From Thermoplasmatota archaeon (GTDB lineage: Archaea; Thermoplasmatota; Penumbrarchaeia; Penumbrarchaeales; Penumbrarchaeaceae), in contig JARVGK010000017.1 of assembly GCA_029762535.1 (NCBI GenBank), forward strand, positions 1 through 50,311: a stretch of DNA of 50,311 nucleotides. Reading direction: 5' to 3'. Within the stretch, counting starts at the first letter, position 1. Every line of letters begins with the position of its first letter. The translations under genes were made by a program, and so were the position numbers. The notes below the pieces were generated by a model. The model was not told the origin of the DNA, did not search any database, and saw nothing but the letters and a program-made list of their open reading frames with translations. Shown here one piece after another: positions 7,647-17,268 of this stretch.

Positions 7647-8045
7647 TCATTTTCGAACGTAATCGCTGACCTTCTTCACCTCATGGTCGAAGACCTCTTT
7701 GGCGGTCCTCATACTCTCTCCCCACTCGGCCAGCCACTCTATCTGCGCCTTTATCTCATCGACGTTCATCGAAAGCAGCTGCTGTTTCAGCATCTCCGAG
7801 ACCGCCGTATCCATGTTCTGATACCGTTTGATGCCGACAAGCCCGTGCAGGGCCATCGCGACCCAATCGTCAAGAACCACCCTCACCTCGTTGGGATCTG
7901 GCGGCATCTCTCCGATGGTAAGGGTATCCACAGCCTTTCTGATGACGTCGGACCTGTTCTTGAACCCTTCACCCTCGACAAGGCTGTCTATGGCCGCTGC
8001 CTGCTGAGGCGTCAGCCTTATTGTCACCTTATCGACCTTGTTCAG
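7647..8045 (-). CDS. Ribbon-helix-helix (CopG/Arc/MetJ, CdrS-like) DNA-binding protein, probably two RHH units plus a C-terminal helix
   Basis: KVTIRLT.....AIDSLVEGEGFKNRSDVIRKAVDTL is a typical RHH; EVRVVLD.....ALHGLVGIKRYQNMDTAVSEML repeats the pattern. Start uncertain: CTG 8045 (SD GGGGTG, 5-nt spacer), GTG 8051 or ATG 8078. Confidence 0.85.
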   Translation of the reverse strand: MNKVDKVTIRLTPQQAAAIDSLVEGEGFKNRSDVIRKAVDTLTIGEMPPDPNEVRVVLDDWVAMALHGLVGIKRYQNMDTAVSEMLKQQLLSMNVDEIKAQIEWLAEWGESMRTAKEVFDHEVKKVSDYVRK

Positions 8046-8061
8046 TAACACACCCCATGAA

Positions 8062-8118
8062 ATTTGTCGGACAATCATACGTAATATGTACCATATATTT
8101 TAACTTTGTCCGACAAAT
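8062..8118. promoter_or_regulatory. Pair of palindromic operator-like sites flanking an AT-rich TATA-like element
   Basis: TTGTC-G-GACAA (8064-8074) and TTTGTC-C-GACAAA (8105-8117), centres 42 bp apart; together a perfect 13-bp inverted repeat; TTAAAATATAT on the minus strand lies between them. Confidence 0.7.
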
Positions 8119-8228
8119 ATCGTTTTCAAAGCCAAGCTCTCCAACCGGTAAGGATCCCTCTTGTCCCGAGGACTTATTTACTTTTGGGTAACCCCTCCGA
8201 AAGATAAATCAACTGTAAGTCATAGCCC

Positions 8229-9938
8229 TTGAAGATGGAAGATCCCTCAAAGGTCCTGGCCGGTTACAACAGGCTTCTCACGCCTGGGGCAGCCGCGATG
8301 CTGTCGGACAGGGGGGCGCTCCTGTCGGACCTCGTGAGCAAGCTGGATTCGGGGTGCCAGATGCCGTTCATAATCGGCGAGAGCGACCTGGAGGTCCTCA
8401 ACCGGGCACTAACATCGAATTCGTCTGCCGTGTCACCCGCGACCATCGCACCAATGGCCCGCTCACACCCCTCTGAGGAGCGACCCCCTCCCGCCATGGA
8501 TATCGCCGATAGGTCAGGCGCTGCCATCCCCCGCACGGGACCTTCCGTAAGCCCTCTCCAAACCGAGACCGTAGCGGCGATAACCGGCTCTCATAAGGCC
8601 GGGAGCATACCGATGCACGGAAGAGGCGCACTGAATATTTCCAGGTCCGGTTCGATCAGGGGAAGGCCCTTTGATGCCAGTGACATCGCGGGGGATGTCC
8701 GGATCCTCTTCGACCCATCGGAGGTCATGGGGAACAAGGGGAGGATCGAGGACTTCAACAGGTTATTCCAGGACAGGTTCAGGGTAATGAGGGACATGCT
8801 CAGGAGGAACCATGCAGAGCTCGATACCTTGGAGGACATCGGCAGCCTGGCCCCCATGGAAGAGAAGGCCCGCATAGTGGGAATGGTCCAGGGCAAGCGA
8901 AGGACGAAGAACGGGCATATGATCTACGAGATAGAGGATCCGACGGGCATGGTGAAGGTCCTCGTCTCGAAGAACAAGGAGATAGACCGCATCATCGTGG
9001 TCGAGGATGAGACGGTTGGTGTCGTTGGCCGATACAACAAGGACAGGGGGTCGGAGAGCGGCATCATCTTTGCCGATGAGCTTTACAGGGCTGATATTCC
9101 CGTCCCTCACGCAAGAAGGCAGTGCAGCGACAAAGGGTGCATAGCAGCGTTCATATCGGACATACATGCGGGATCGAGACATTTCCTGAACAGGGAATGG
9201 AACAGTATGATATCCTGGCTCAACGGTAATGATACGGGCTCGATATCGCCTGATATCGCCCGTCGAATTAAATATCTGGTGGTCTGCGGCGACCTCGTTG
9301 ACGGCATCGGTATATACCCGGACCAGGACAAGGACCTGGATATAAAGGACATATCGAAGCAGTATGAGTTATTGGCCGAACTGCTCTCAGGTGTGCCCTC
9401 CCACATACATGTTGTGATGATCCCTGGAAATCATGACTCCGTCAGGCTTGCAGAGCCCCAGCCACCGATCGAGGCCGAATACAGGGATTGTTTCAGCAAC
9501 GATAATATACATTTCTTGACGAACCCCGCCTTCCTATCCCTCTCCGGGATCAGGGTCACGGCCTATCACGGGAAATCCCTTGACGACATGGTCCAGCTCT
9601 ACAAGGACGTGACGTATGAGGACCCTCTTGAAGGAATGAAGGAGATGCTGCGATCAAGGCATATGGCCCTCACCTACGGAATGAGGAACCAGCTCTCCCC
9701 GGAGGAAGCGGATTCGATGATATTAAGGGAGGTCCCGGACGTTTTCGTCACAGGCCATGTGCACCGTTTCGGCTACGGGGACCACATGGGTGTCAGGATG
9801 ATACAGGCCGGGACGTGGCAGTCCCAGACGTCCTTCCAGAAGATGATGAACTTCAAGCCCCAGCCGGCAATGATGGCCCTTCTCGACCTCAGCACATGGG
9901 ATATGCATACCTGGACGCCCAAGGGGCTGCTTACCTGA
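8229..9938 (+). CDS. polB: DNA polymerase II (PolD) small subunit DP1, proofreading exonuclease
   Basis: G.IEDF..LFQDRF, OB fold (TKNGHMIYEIEDPTG), calcineurin-like motifs SDIHAGS, GDLVDGIGIYPDQ, PGNHD.VRLAEPQP, YHGKSLDD, RH, PDVFVTGHVH, TWQSQTSFQK. Start TTG 8229 or ATG 8235. Confidence 0.97.
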   Translation: MKMEDPSKVLAGYNRLLTPGAAAMLSDRGALLSDLVSKLDSGCQMPFIIGESDLEVLNRALTSNSSAVSPATIAPMARSHPSEERPPPAMDIADRSGAAIPRTGPSVSPLQTETVAAITGSHKAGSIPMHGRGALNISRSGSIRGRPFDASDIAGDVRILFDPSEVMGNKGRIEDFNRLFQDRFRVMRDMLRRNHAELDTLEDIGSLAPMEEKARIVGMVQGKRRTKNGHMIYEIEDPTGMVKVLVSKNKEIDRIIVVEDETVGVVGRYNKDRGSESGIIFADELYRADIPVPHARRQCSDKGCIAAFISDIHAGSRHFLNREWNSMISWLNGNDTGSISPDIARRIKYLVVCGDLVDGIGIYPDQDKDLDIKDISKQYELLAELLSGVPSHIHVVMIPGNHDSVRLAEPQPPIEAEYRDCFSNDNIHFLTNPAFLSLSGIRVTAYHGKSLDDMVQLYKDVTYEDPLEGMKEMLRSRHMALTYGMRNQLSPEEADSMILREVPDVFVTGHVHRFGYGDHMGVRMIQAGTWQSQTSFQKMMNFKPQPAMMALLDLSTWDMHTWTPKGLLT

Positions 9939-10854
9939 GGCCCGCGATCCTGACCATCGCCGCTTTCTGGGCGTGCATCCGGTTCTCTGCCTGCTGGTAT
10001 ATGGCCGACCTTTCGGAATCCATGACCTCGTTCGTGACCTCCTCGCCCCTGTGGGCCGGGAGGCAGTGCAGGAATATCGCGTCGGGTTTGGCTCGGGAGA
10101 AGAGGTCCATGTTGACCTGATATGGCCTGAAGGCGGAGAGCCTCTGCTCCTTCTCGGCCTCGTCCCCCATGGACACCCATGTGTCGGTATATATGACATC
10201 GGCATCCCGAGCCGCCGCAAATGGGTCATCCGTGATCTCCAGGGTGCTTCCGGAACCGGCCGCTATCCGTTTCGTCCTCTCCACCATTTCAGCATCCGGC
10301 CAATAATTCGAAGGGCACCCGGCCGAGACGTCCATGCCCAGCCTCGCCGCACCGAGCATTAATGAGTTGAGCACGTTGTTTCCATCGCCTATCCAGCATA
10401 GTTTCCTTCCGGTCAGATCCCCTTTGATCTCCGATATCGTCATTAGATCGGCAAGCGCCTGGCATGGATGTTCGACGTTGTCCAGGCCGTTGATCACCGG
10501 GGCTTCCGCATATCTGGCTAACTCCCTCATGTTTTCATTCCTGAACGCTCTATACATGATGATATCGACGAACCTAGATAGGACCTTGGCGACGTCCTTA
10601 ACCGATTCCCTCTTCCCTATCTGTATCTCGTTCGGTGAGAGATACAGGGCGGTACCTCCCATCTGTGTGAAACCCACCTCGAACGAGACCCTGGTCCTGA
10701 GCGAGGGTTTCTCGAATATCATTCCCAGGACCTTGCCCTTGAAAGGCTGCATGCTCATGCCGTCCTTGGTCTCGCCTTTCATGGCTATGGCGAGGTCTAT
10801 GACCTCCTTGAGCTCGTCTCCGAGGTCCTCTATGGATATGAGATCCCTTTTCAT
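9931..10854 (-). CDS. argF: Ornithine carbamoyltransferase
   Basis: FEKPSLRTRVSFE, HPCQALAD, GDGNNV, YTDTWVSMG, FLHCLPAHRGEE, QAENRMHAQKA; SD GAGGTG 6 nt before ATG 10854. Confidence 0.97.
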   Translation of the reverse strand: MKRDLISIEDLGDELKEVIDLAIAMKGETKDGMSMQPFKGKVLGMIFEKPSLRTRVSFEVGFTQMGGTALYLSPNEIQIGKRESVKDVAKVLSRFVDIIMYRAFRNENMRELARYAEAPVINGLDNVEHPCQALADLMTISEIKGDLTGRKLCWIGDGNNVLNSLMLGAARLGMDVSAGCPSNYWPDAEMVERTKRIAAGSGSTLEITDDPFAAARDADVIYTDTWVSMGDEAEKEQRLSAFRPYQVNMDLFSRAKPDAIFLHCLPAHRGEEVTNEVMDSERSAIYQQAENRMHAQKAAMVRIAGLR

Positions 10855-10915
10855 GATCGACACCTCATGGGTCTGTCGGGGCGAGGAGAAGGAGGGTATT
10901 AATGATTTCTCATGG

Positions 10916-11087
10916 GCTCAACAAGCTTTATGTACCTTGAGCGCGATAATGTGTCGTTGTATGGTTCATCGCCCCATACGACACGCTATACGAACTTCGT
11001 TGCAGGGGAAAAAAGTGTTTTAGGTGTATCACTCCAATATGCTGAACAATCCTCTCTTCCGAGATCCCCTGCAGCACTCCTTTTTTT
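10916..11087 (+). other. Structured intergenic segment (candidate small RNA or leader)
   Basis: Three inverted repeats, a TTTATGTA TATA-like box at 10927-10934 and a T7 tract at 11081-11087. Confidence 0.3.
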
Positions 11088-11138
11088 GCTTTCTAGTGGG
11101 CAGCTTATTATACCACGATGTGCAATGGCAAGGAAGCC

Positions 11139-12074
11139 ATGATGTTCGAGGATCTTCACGAGGCATTGGAGGGCACTTTCGCCGCTTCCGGGTTCATGTA
11201 TGCGAAGATCAATGATGATAAGGGGACGGAGTTCTTCGCAAGGAAGGACAACAGGCTCCTGGTCATCAGCGCCCTTGAGAGGCCCAAAACGTTGGATAGG
11301 GCCTCCGCATCCAGGCTGAGGACACTGTCGAGCGTTCTGACCGCCTCACCGGTCCTCGTTACCGCGTCCTCAAAGGGATCGCAGTATCAGGACGGGGTCC
11401 TTTACGTTAAGTTCGGGATCCCCCTTCTTACCATAGGCACCCTTCACGAACACCTGGTCGATGGCAGGCCGCCCATGGTATTCTTCGGACCCGGTCGTCA
11501 TTATGTCTACATCGACCCGGACCTGCTCAGGTCGGTGAGGGAGGAGAGGGGCCTGTCCCTGGGTGCCCTTTCCGAACTCCTCGGCGTAAGCCGAAGAGCG
11601 ATCCAGATGTACGAGGGCGGGATGGGGGTGGACCTCGAGATCGCCCTTGAACTCGAACGGATACTGGATTCCTGCCTGATCCAGCCGCTTGACCCCTTCT
11701 CCCGATCGGAACGGCTGGACATCGTTCGAGAGCAGTTGGATGCCGTGGATGGATTGAGGAAGGACGTCTTCTTGCACCTGGACTCCATGGGTCTCGAGGT
11801 GATCCCGGCGACGGCATGCCCTTTCGACGCGATCGCTAGGGACAGGGATTCCATCCTCATGACGAGGGTCGAGTCCGATGGCAGGATATTGAAGCAAAGG
11901 GGTTTGGCCCTGTCCAGGATCAGCAGGATAACTGGCGAGAGGTCCCTGATCATCGTTAGGGACTGCGTGAATCGAAAAAATATTGGTGGTACCGCGGTCG
12001 TTCGTGTCTCCGAGCTGAAAAGGACGGATGCCGCAGAGGACCTTATACGAATAATCGAGGAGAGGGAAGGATGA
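11139..12074 (+). CDS. Archaeal HTH-type transcriptional regulator (COG1395-like, central Cro/C1 HTH)
   Basis: DGVLYVKFGIP, PP.VF.GPG..YV.ID...LR..REERGLSLG.L..LLGVSRRAIQMYEGGM, CPFDAIA. Confidence 0.9.
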   Translation: MMFEDLHEALEGTFAASGFMYAKINDDKGTEFFARKDNRLLVISALERPKTLDRASASRLRTLSSVLTASPVLVTASSKGSQYQDGVLYVKFGIPLLTIGTLHEHLVDGRPPMVFFGPGRHYVYIDPDLLRSVREERGLSLGALSELLGVSRRAIQMYEGGMGVDLEIALELERILDSCLIQPLDPFSRSERLDIVREQLDAVDGLRKDVFLHLDSMGLEVIPATACPFDAIARDRDSILMTRVESDGRILKQRGLALSRISRITGERSLIIVRDCVNRKNIGGTAVVRVSELKRTDAAEDLIRIIEEREG

Positions 12075-12171
12075 TAAGGCGATCACTACCCGCTTTTGAT
12101 GTCGCCAGAGAGCACAAGGATTATTATGGAAATGTTCATTGGCCATACGGCGATGTATAGGAGTGATATAA

Positions 12172-15100
12172 ATGATGTTCAGGACGTTCTTGGCGCTTGC
12201 CGTTCTATCGATGATGGTACCGATGGCGGGCCTGCCCATGACAACGCCTGGCAGAGGCCTAACGACCCCTGGGGCGGATGTGATATTCGAGGGAGACCCA
12301 TCCTTCTCATCCTCTCTATATGTCAGCGGAGGGGACGGCTCTTCGTCATCTCCATATACCATCGATGACCTCGATATGCAGGGTCACAACATACAGATAA
12401 AGAACACTACCGCATACGTACATCTTCGAAATATAACCTTCTCCCAGTCGAACAGGCATGCGATCTACCTATACAACGCCGAGAATCTGATCATGGACAA
12501 CATAACATCCCTCAACAGGTCGCGCTTTATCAGGGGCGAGTCAGTGGACCAGATGCTTCTTTCGAGGTCCTCGATCAACGATATCCCCGGAGCTCAGAAC
12601 GTCGTGGAATTCGTTAGCTCGAGTTTCATCACCATCGATAACTGCTCCTTCTCGATGCTGTCCGGGCAGCAGGGCGCAAAGATATATTTCAACGATCAGG
12701 GGGCGAACCATGTCCTAAGGGGGCTGAACCTCACACGTGTCGGGATAGAGGACCGACGTTTCATAAACAACGACAGGATCGAGGGATGCTCGATCGACGG
12801 AGAGGGTGTTCTCGTCGATAATACCCAGGCAGGGGCCCTTATAAAAGACAACATGATGATCCGCTCTGGAGGCAACGCGATAACGATAAGGGCATCCAAC
12901 CGCGTCGTGATCGAAGGGAACCACATAGAGGCCGCCAATGGCATATATTTCGAGGACAGCCCCCTTCTCTCGGACACCTCGGTCAAGGGAAGGATCGAAC
13001 ATAATACCTTCGAATCCTGCATTTACGGTATCAATTCCAACCCCAACTGGCAGAACAGTCGCGTATCACAGTATCACGTTAACAATAATTACTTCGGGAA
13101 CTGCTCCTCCTGGGCGATACATTGGCAATGGGGGATCTCGAACACCGTCTGGCACAATATATTCTATCATAATGCCGCCACACAAGACTCCGGTTCTGCC
13201 CCTCAGGTATCACAGGGGTGGCAATATGGCGGTAGCAATCAATGGACCAATAACGACATGGGCAACTTCTGGCAGAACCACAGGACGCCTGATGACGACA
13301 ACGACGGCATCGTGGACACCCCGTACACATTGGCAAACGGAGGGGTGGATTCGGACCCATATACCAACAGGTATTTCGACACCACAAGGCCTACCCTCGT
13401 CCTGTTATCGCCTTCGGGAGATTACGCACCACACACCTACACTGTACTCAGATACAGGGCGGAGGACGTCGGCTCCGGTATCGATAGGATAGAGATGTCT
13501 CTGAACGGAGGGCCCTGGAAGACGCTTCCAGACCCCACCAGTACGAGCGTGATAATGAACAAGGGTGCGAATTCCATATCCTTGAGATGCTTCGACAGGG
13601 CAGGCCTATATGCGGTCGTGGATAGAGTGCTGACCCTGAACGTCTCCTCCGATCCCCTATCGTTCCAGTACCCGGCCGAGGGATCATATGTGAAGACATC
13701 GCCGCTGCAGATATCCTGGACCACCCCCTCCGGACTGCTTCCCGTCAACCAGACCGTGATCATGGACGGTGTCTCTCAGGATGTGCAGCCAACATCGAGG
13801 TTCATAACCGCAAGCCTCGGCGAGGGTCCACATCGCGTGACCCTTCTCGTCAAGGACGAATGGGGTCGGACCTTCAACCGTTCGGTGAACTTCACAGTTG
13901 ACCTTACTCCCCCAACGCTGGAGATCCTCTCTCCCCAGTCCGGGGCGGTCATCTCGAACCCTATAGTAGGTTTCAGGATCCAAGCCGAGGACAATTTCGC
14001 GATAGCCTCCATGAGCGCGGTCCTTGACGGCGTAGAATGGGAGACCTTCTCAATGGGTCAGACGAACATCAGGGCTATAAGCCCCGGCAGCCACGATTTC
14101 ATGGTCACACTGACGGACCTTGCAGGTTGGACCGTCGTCCAGGAGATCGATTTCGAGCTTGTTACCGAGGAAGAGTTCAACGGTCTCTTCTTCGAGAACC
14201 CTGCCCCTCCGATAGGCTATACGAGGGATGCAGCCTATGGGATCGCATGGAACTATACCGGTTCTTTCCAATGGCACAGGACTTTCCTTAGGACGGAGAG
14301 GTCGGGTAGCTTCATCGATATCGGAGATAACAGGCATGTCCAGATCGAGCTGCCCGAGGATAAGTCCTATGAATTGACCCTGAGGCTGGAGGACCAATAC
14401 CAGAACTACGTCGAGGCGAGCTCGATCCTCGTGAAGGATACCGTGCCACCAAAGGTGATCATATCGGGTATCCAGGAGGGATCGAGGACGAACGTCGAAA
14501 ACGTGGAGCTCACGTGGACAGCCCTCGACAGCTCCCCCATCGAGAGATACGAATATTCCATTGACGGATCGCCGTTCATCGATGCAGGTTCAGATAATCG
14601 GGCTATGATCGAACCAGGGGAGGGGGATCACACGGTAACGATCAGAGCGATCGACATGGCGGGCAACATCGGAGAGGCAATGAGGTCCTTCACGATCGAC
14701 ACGACGCCTAATCTGGCCTGGATCACATCCCCGGGGAACGGCAGTTACCACTCAGAAAGCAGGATCGTCATATCGTGGGGCATCCAGGATATTGACGACG
14801 TGCTGAACATCACGCTCAAGGTAGGGGACAACGATGTCCTCGACGTCACGGGTAAAGTGAACATCGATGTACTGATCCGAGAAGAAGGTCTTCTGACGAT
14901 AGCCCTTTCATGCGTGGACCTGGCCGGAAATATCCACAACGATTCGATAGTGATAATAGTGGACAGGCAGCCTCCGATAGTTAGATGGGTAAAGGAACCG
15001 CCCCGTTACACGAACCTCAACTGGGTGAACATCACCTATGAGGTCCTGGACAATTACGGCATCCGTTCCATTTATCTCCACATTAACGACAATTCCACCG

Positions 15101-16158
15101 AGATCCAGGATTATAAGGGTTTTTTCAACATCACCGACATTCCCGAGGGCATATACAACGTCTCGATCAGGGCCGTTGACAGGTCCGGTAAGGAGACCCA
15201 CCCGGAACCGTTCCAGATAATAGTGGATAGGACCTCTCCTTACTTGGTCATCGATATGACGTCAACGCGCGTTGCCGACAGGATCGCCGCGGTGTTCTGG
15301 ATCGCACGGGACAGCGGATCGGGCATATCGCATTCCGAGCTCTCGATCGATGAGGCGACATGGCAGGACCTCGGAACGCTGAACACGTACACGACCGGAG
15401 CCCTGCCTTTTGGAGATCACAACATAACCGTCAGGGTATGGGACCGCGCTGGCAACAGCGCGGAGGAGACCTGGGTCTTCACCGTGGGTGGAGGTCCGCA
15501 GAATATCGATAACGGAGAGGAGGGTTCATTTCCCTGGTGCATAGTTCCACTCATTGCGGTCATCCTGCTGGTGGTCCTGTTCGTGGCGTTCGTCGCATGG
15601 AGAAGGTCGCGAATGAAAAGGGATGAAAGGCCTACCAGGGTCGCACCGAGAAAACTCTCGCTTGGCTATTCTCCCCCGGTCACGGTAGGTAGGGTTCAGA
15701 CCCCGACTCCTGACACGGGATCGGTAAAGGAACAGAAGGTCGAGAGCACCGAAGAGGGGACAGGGTACATAAGGCCCAAGGCGAAGGAGAAAGCCAAGAA
15801 GAAGGCCCAAGTAATACAGTATGATACGGAAGAGAGTCAGGTGATCAGCAACGGCTCCAGACCTGATGAGGTATCGGCAGAATGGTTCAGCGAGAAGCAG
15901 AGGGTTCTCAAAGAGGAGGCCAAGAGCGTCTTCGTTGGACAGCAGCCGATCGATATCCAGGATGGGGTCGCATACGATGATGGGGCGCCAACCATGGACC
16001 GTTACGAGTCCCCCTCCAATGAAGAGACCGAGGTCCATCCTATAGAGGAGGGGCCGATCGTGGATGAGACGTCGATCGAAGAGGATGAAGAGGTCGAGTT
16101 CGATGACGACGTACCTGAGGAAGAAATACCGGAGCTGATCGAGTTCGACGAAGAATGA
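12172..16158 (+). CDS. Large cell-surface protein: right-handed beta-helix (NosD-like), multiple Ig-like repeats, TM and acidic cytoplasmic tail
   Basis: Signal peptide; GGDGS.SSPYTI start of beta-helix; GNFW...D.D.DGIVDTPY cap; repeated D.TPP.L.I.SP...G.H...V.A.D.AGN units; TM at FPWCIVPLIAVILL...WRR; many N-x-S/T sequons. Confidence 0.9.
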   Translation: MMFRTFLALAVLSMMVPMAGLPMTTPGRGLTTPGADVIFEGDPSFSSSLYVSGGDGSSSSPYTIDDLDMQGHNIQIKNTTAYVHLRNITFSQSNRHAIYLYNAENLIMDNITSLNRSRFIRGESVDQMLLSRSSINDIPGAQNVVEFVSSSFITIDNCSFSMLSGQQGAKIYFNDQGANHVLRGLNLTRVGIEDRRFINNDRIEGCSIDGEGVLVDNTQAGALIKDNMMIRSGGNAITIRASNRVVIEGNHIEAANGIYFEDSPLLSDTSVKGRIEHNTFESCIYGINSNPNWQNSRVSQYHVNNNYFGNCSSWAIHWQWGISNTVWHNIFYHNAATQDSGSAPQVSQGWQYGGSNQWTNNDMGNFWQNHRTPDDDNDGIVDTPYTLANGGVDSDPYTNRYFDTTRPTLVLLSPSGDYAPHTYTVLRYRAEDVGSGIDRIEMSLNGGPWKTLPDPTSTSVIMNKGANSISLRCFDRAGLYAVVDRVLTLNVSSDPLSFQYPAEGSYVKTSPLQISWTTPSGLLPVNQTVIMDGVSQDVQPTSRFITASLGEGPHRVTLLVKDEWGRTFNRSVNFTVDLTPPTLEILSPQSGAVISNPIVGFRIQAEDNFAIASMSAVLDGVEWETFSMGQTNIRAISPGSHDFMVTLTDLAGWTVVQEIDFELVTEEEFNGLFFENPAPPIGYTRDAAYGIAWNYTGSFQWHRTFLRTERSGSFIDIGDNRHVQIELPEDKSYELTLRLEDQYQNYVEASSILVKDTVPPKVIISGIQEGSRTNVENVELTWTALDSSPIERYEYSIDGSPFIDAGSDNRAMIEPGEGDHTVTIRAIDMAGNIGEAMRSFTIDTTPNLAWITSPGNGSYHSESRIVISWGIQDIDDVLNITLKVGDNDVLDVTGKVNIDVLIREEGLLTIALSCVDLAGNIHNDSIVIIVDRQPPIVRWVKEPPRYTNLNWVNITYEVLDNYGIRSIYLHINDNSTEIQDYKGFFNITDIPEGIYNVSIRAVDRSGKETHPEPFQIIVDRTSPYLVIDMTSTRVADRIAAVFWIARDSGSGISHSELSIDEATWQDLGTLNTYTTGALPFGDHNITVRVWDRAGNSAEETWVFTVGGGPQNIDNGEEGSFPWCIVPLIAVILLVVLFVAFVAWRRSRMKRDERPTRVAPRKLSLGYSPPVTVGRVQTPTPDTGSVKEQKVESTEEGTGYIRPKAKEKAKKKAQVIQYDTEESQVISNGSRPDEVSAEWFSEKQRVLKEEAKSVFVGQQPIDIQDGVAYDDGAPTMDRYESPSNEETEVHPIEEGPIVDETSIEEDEEVEFDDDVPEEEIPELIEFDEE

Positions 16159-16221
16159 AAGGCCTCGCCTAGGTATTAAAAACGAATAAATAGTGGGCGT
16201 GTCTCCGCTCCTTCCGGATAT

Positions 16222-17184
16222 ATGATGAAGAAAGCATCAAGACCCGGTGGGCCCGCATCATCCGCCATTGTCAGAAGAGTGGTCTGGGAATATATCCTGA
16301 TCACAATAGGCGTCGCCATCATGTCCCTGGGAATGGTCTGGTTCCTGGATCCCTACAGGATATCGGCCGGAGGGGTCTCAGGTATAGCCATAGTCCTGAG
16401 GAGATTGATCGGGATCCCTCTTGGGATCACCATGCTGATATTGAACGTTCCTCTGTTCTTCATCGGGATCAAGGCCCTGGGAAGGAGGTTCGGCATCAGG
16501 ACATTCTACGGTTTCAGTATGTTCTCGGTGATGGTGGACCTGATAGAGAGGGTCCTTTACGGGATGGTCCTGAACAGGCCCAGCTACCTTCTATCGGACC
16601 CCTCCTCGGTGGATGTACTAAAGGACCTCGATCCTCTTCTGGCATCCATATTCGGCGGACTGCTCCTGGGCCTGGGTCTGGGCCTGGTCTTCAGGGCGCA
16701 GGGTTCAACAGGCGGTTCTGACATCATCGCCCAGATAGCCGTGAGATACCGGATCTCCACTGCCGGCCAGGCGTTCATGGCCTTCGACTTCGTGGTCATC
16801 TGCTCTTCCGCTCTGTTCTTCGGGAACGTATCCTACGCGCTGATCGGTTTCCTCGCCCTCTTCGTCTCATCGAAGACCGTGGATGTGGTCGTCGAGGGGA
16901 TCGGAAACACGAAAGGTCTCTACATAGTCTCCGATCGATGGAAGGTCATAAGCGACAGGATAATGAAGGAGATAGACCGCGGAGCGACCATCCTCCACGG
17001 ACAGGGAGCATACACAGGTAAGGATAAGGAGGTGATATTCTGCGTCGTCACGCGGAGGAACATATACAGGGTCCGACAGATAGTCGCAGAGGAGGACCAG
17101 AGGGCGTTCATGGTGATCTCGGACCTGCACGAGGTCTACGGGATGGGGTTCAAACCTCAGAAGGAGGAGGAGACTCCACTCTGA
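16222..17184 (+). CDS. YitT family membrane protein (with C-terminal DUF2179)
   Basis: GGVSGIAI, LNVPLF..G, GG.L.G.GLGLVFR..GSTGGSDIIA, IDRGAT...G.GAYTG, D..AF.VI....EVYG.GF. Confidence 0.93.
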   Translation: MMKKASRPGGPASSAIVRRVVWEYILITIGVAIMSLGMVWFLDPYRISAGGVSGIAIVLRRLIGIPLGITMLILNVPLFFIGIKALGRRFGIRTFYGFSMFSVMVDLIERVLYGMVLNRPSYLLSDPSSVDVLKDLDPLLASIFGGLLLGLGLGLVFRAQGSTGGSDIIAQIAVRYRISTAGQAFMAFDFVVICSSALFFGNVSYALIGFLALFVSSKTVDVVVEGIGNTKGLYIVSDRWKVISDRIMKEIDRGATILHGQGAYTGKDKEVIFCVVTRRNIYRVRQIVAEEDQRAFMVISDLHEVYGMGFKPQKEEETPL

Positions 17185-17268
17185 TATCATATAACGAGCA
17201 TTTTTCACCTCCTCTTCGAGTAACAGGGCCATAAACGATATAATGGACATCGCTCGTATCGAGCCGAT

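Noticed and set aside
8079-8228. Replication origin next to DP1
   Set aside because: No ORB-like repeat with a G-string and no cdc6/orc1 gene; the palindromes fit an RHH operator better.
10951-10984. Fluoride riboswitch (GGCGATG on the minus strand)
   Set aside because: The remaining conserved riboswitch elements are absent, and the neighbours are not fluoride-related genes.
11370-12362. 330-aa minus-strand ORF
   Set aside because: Overlaps two well-supported plus-strand genes.
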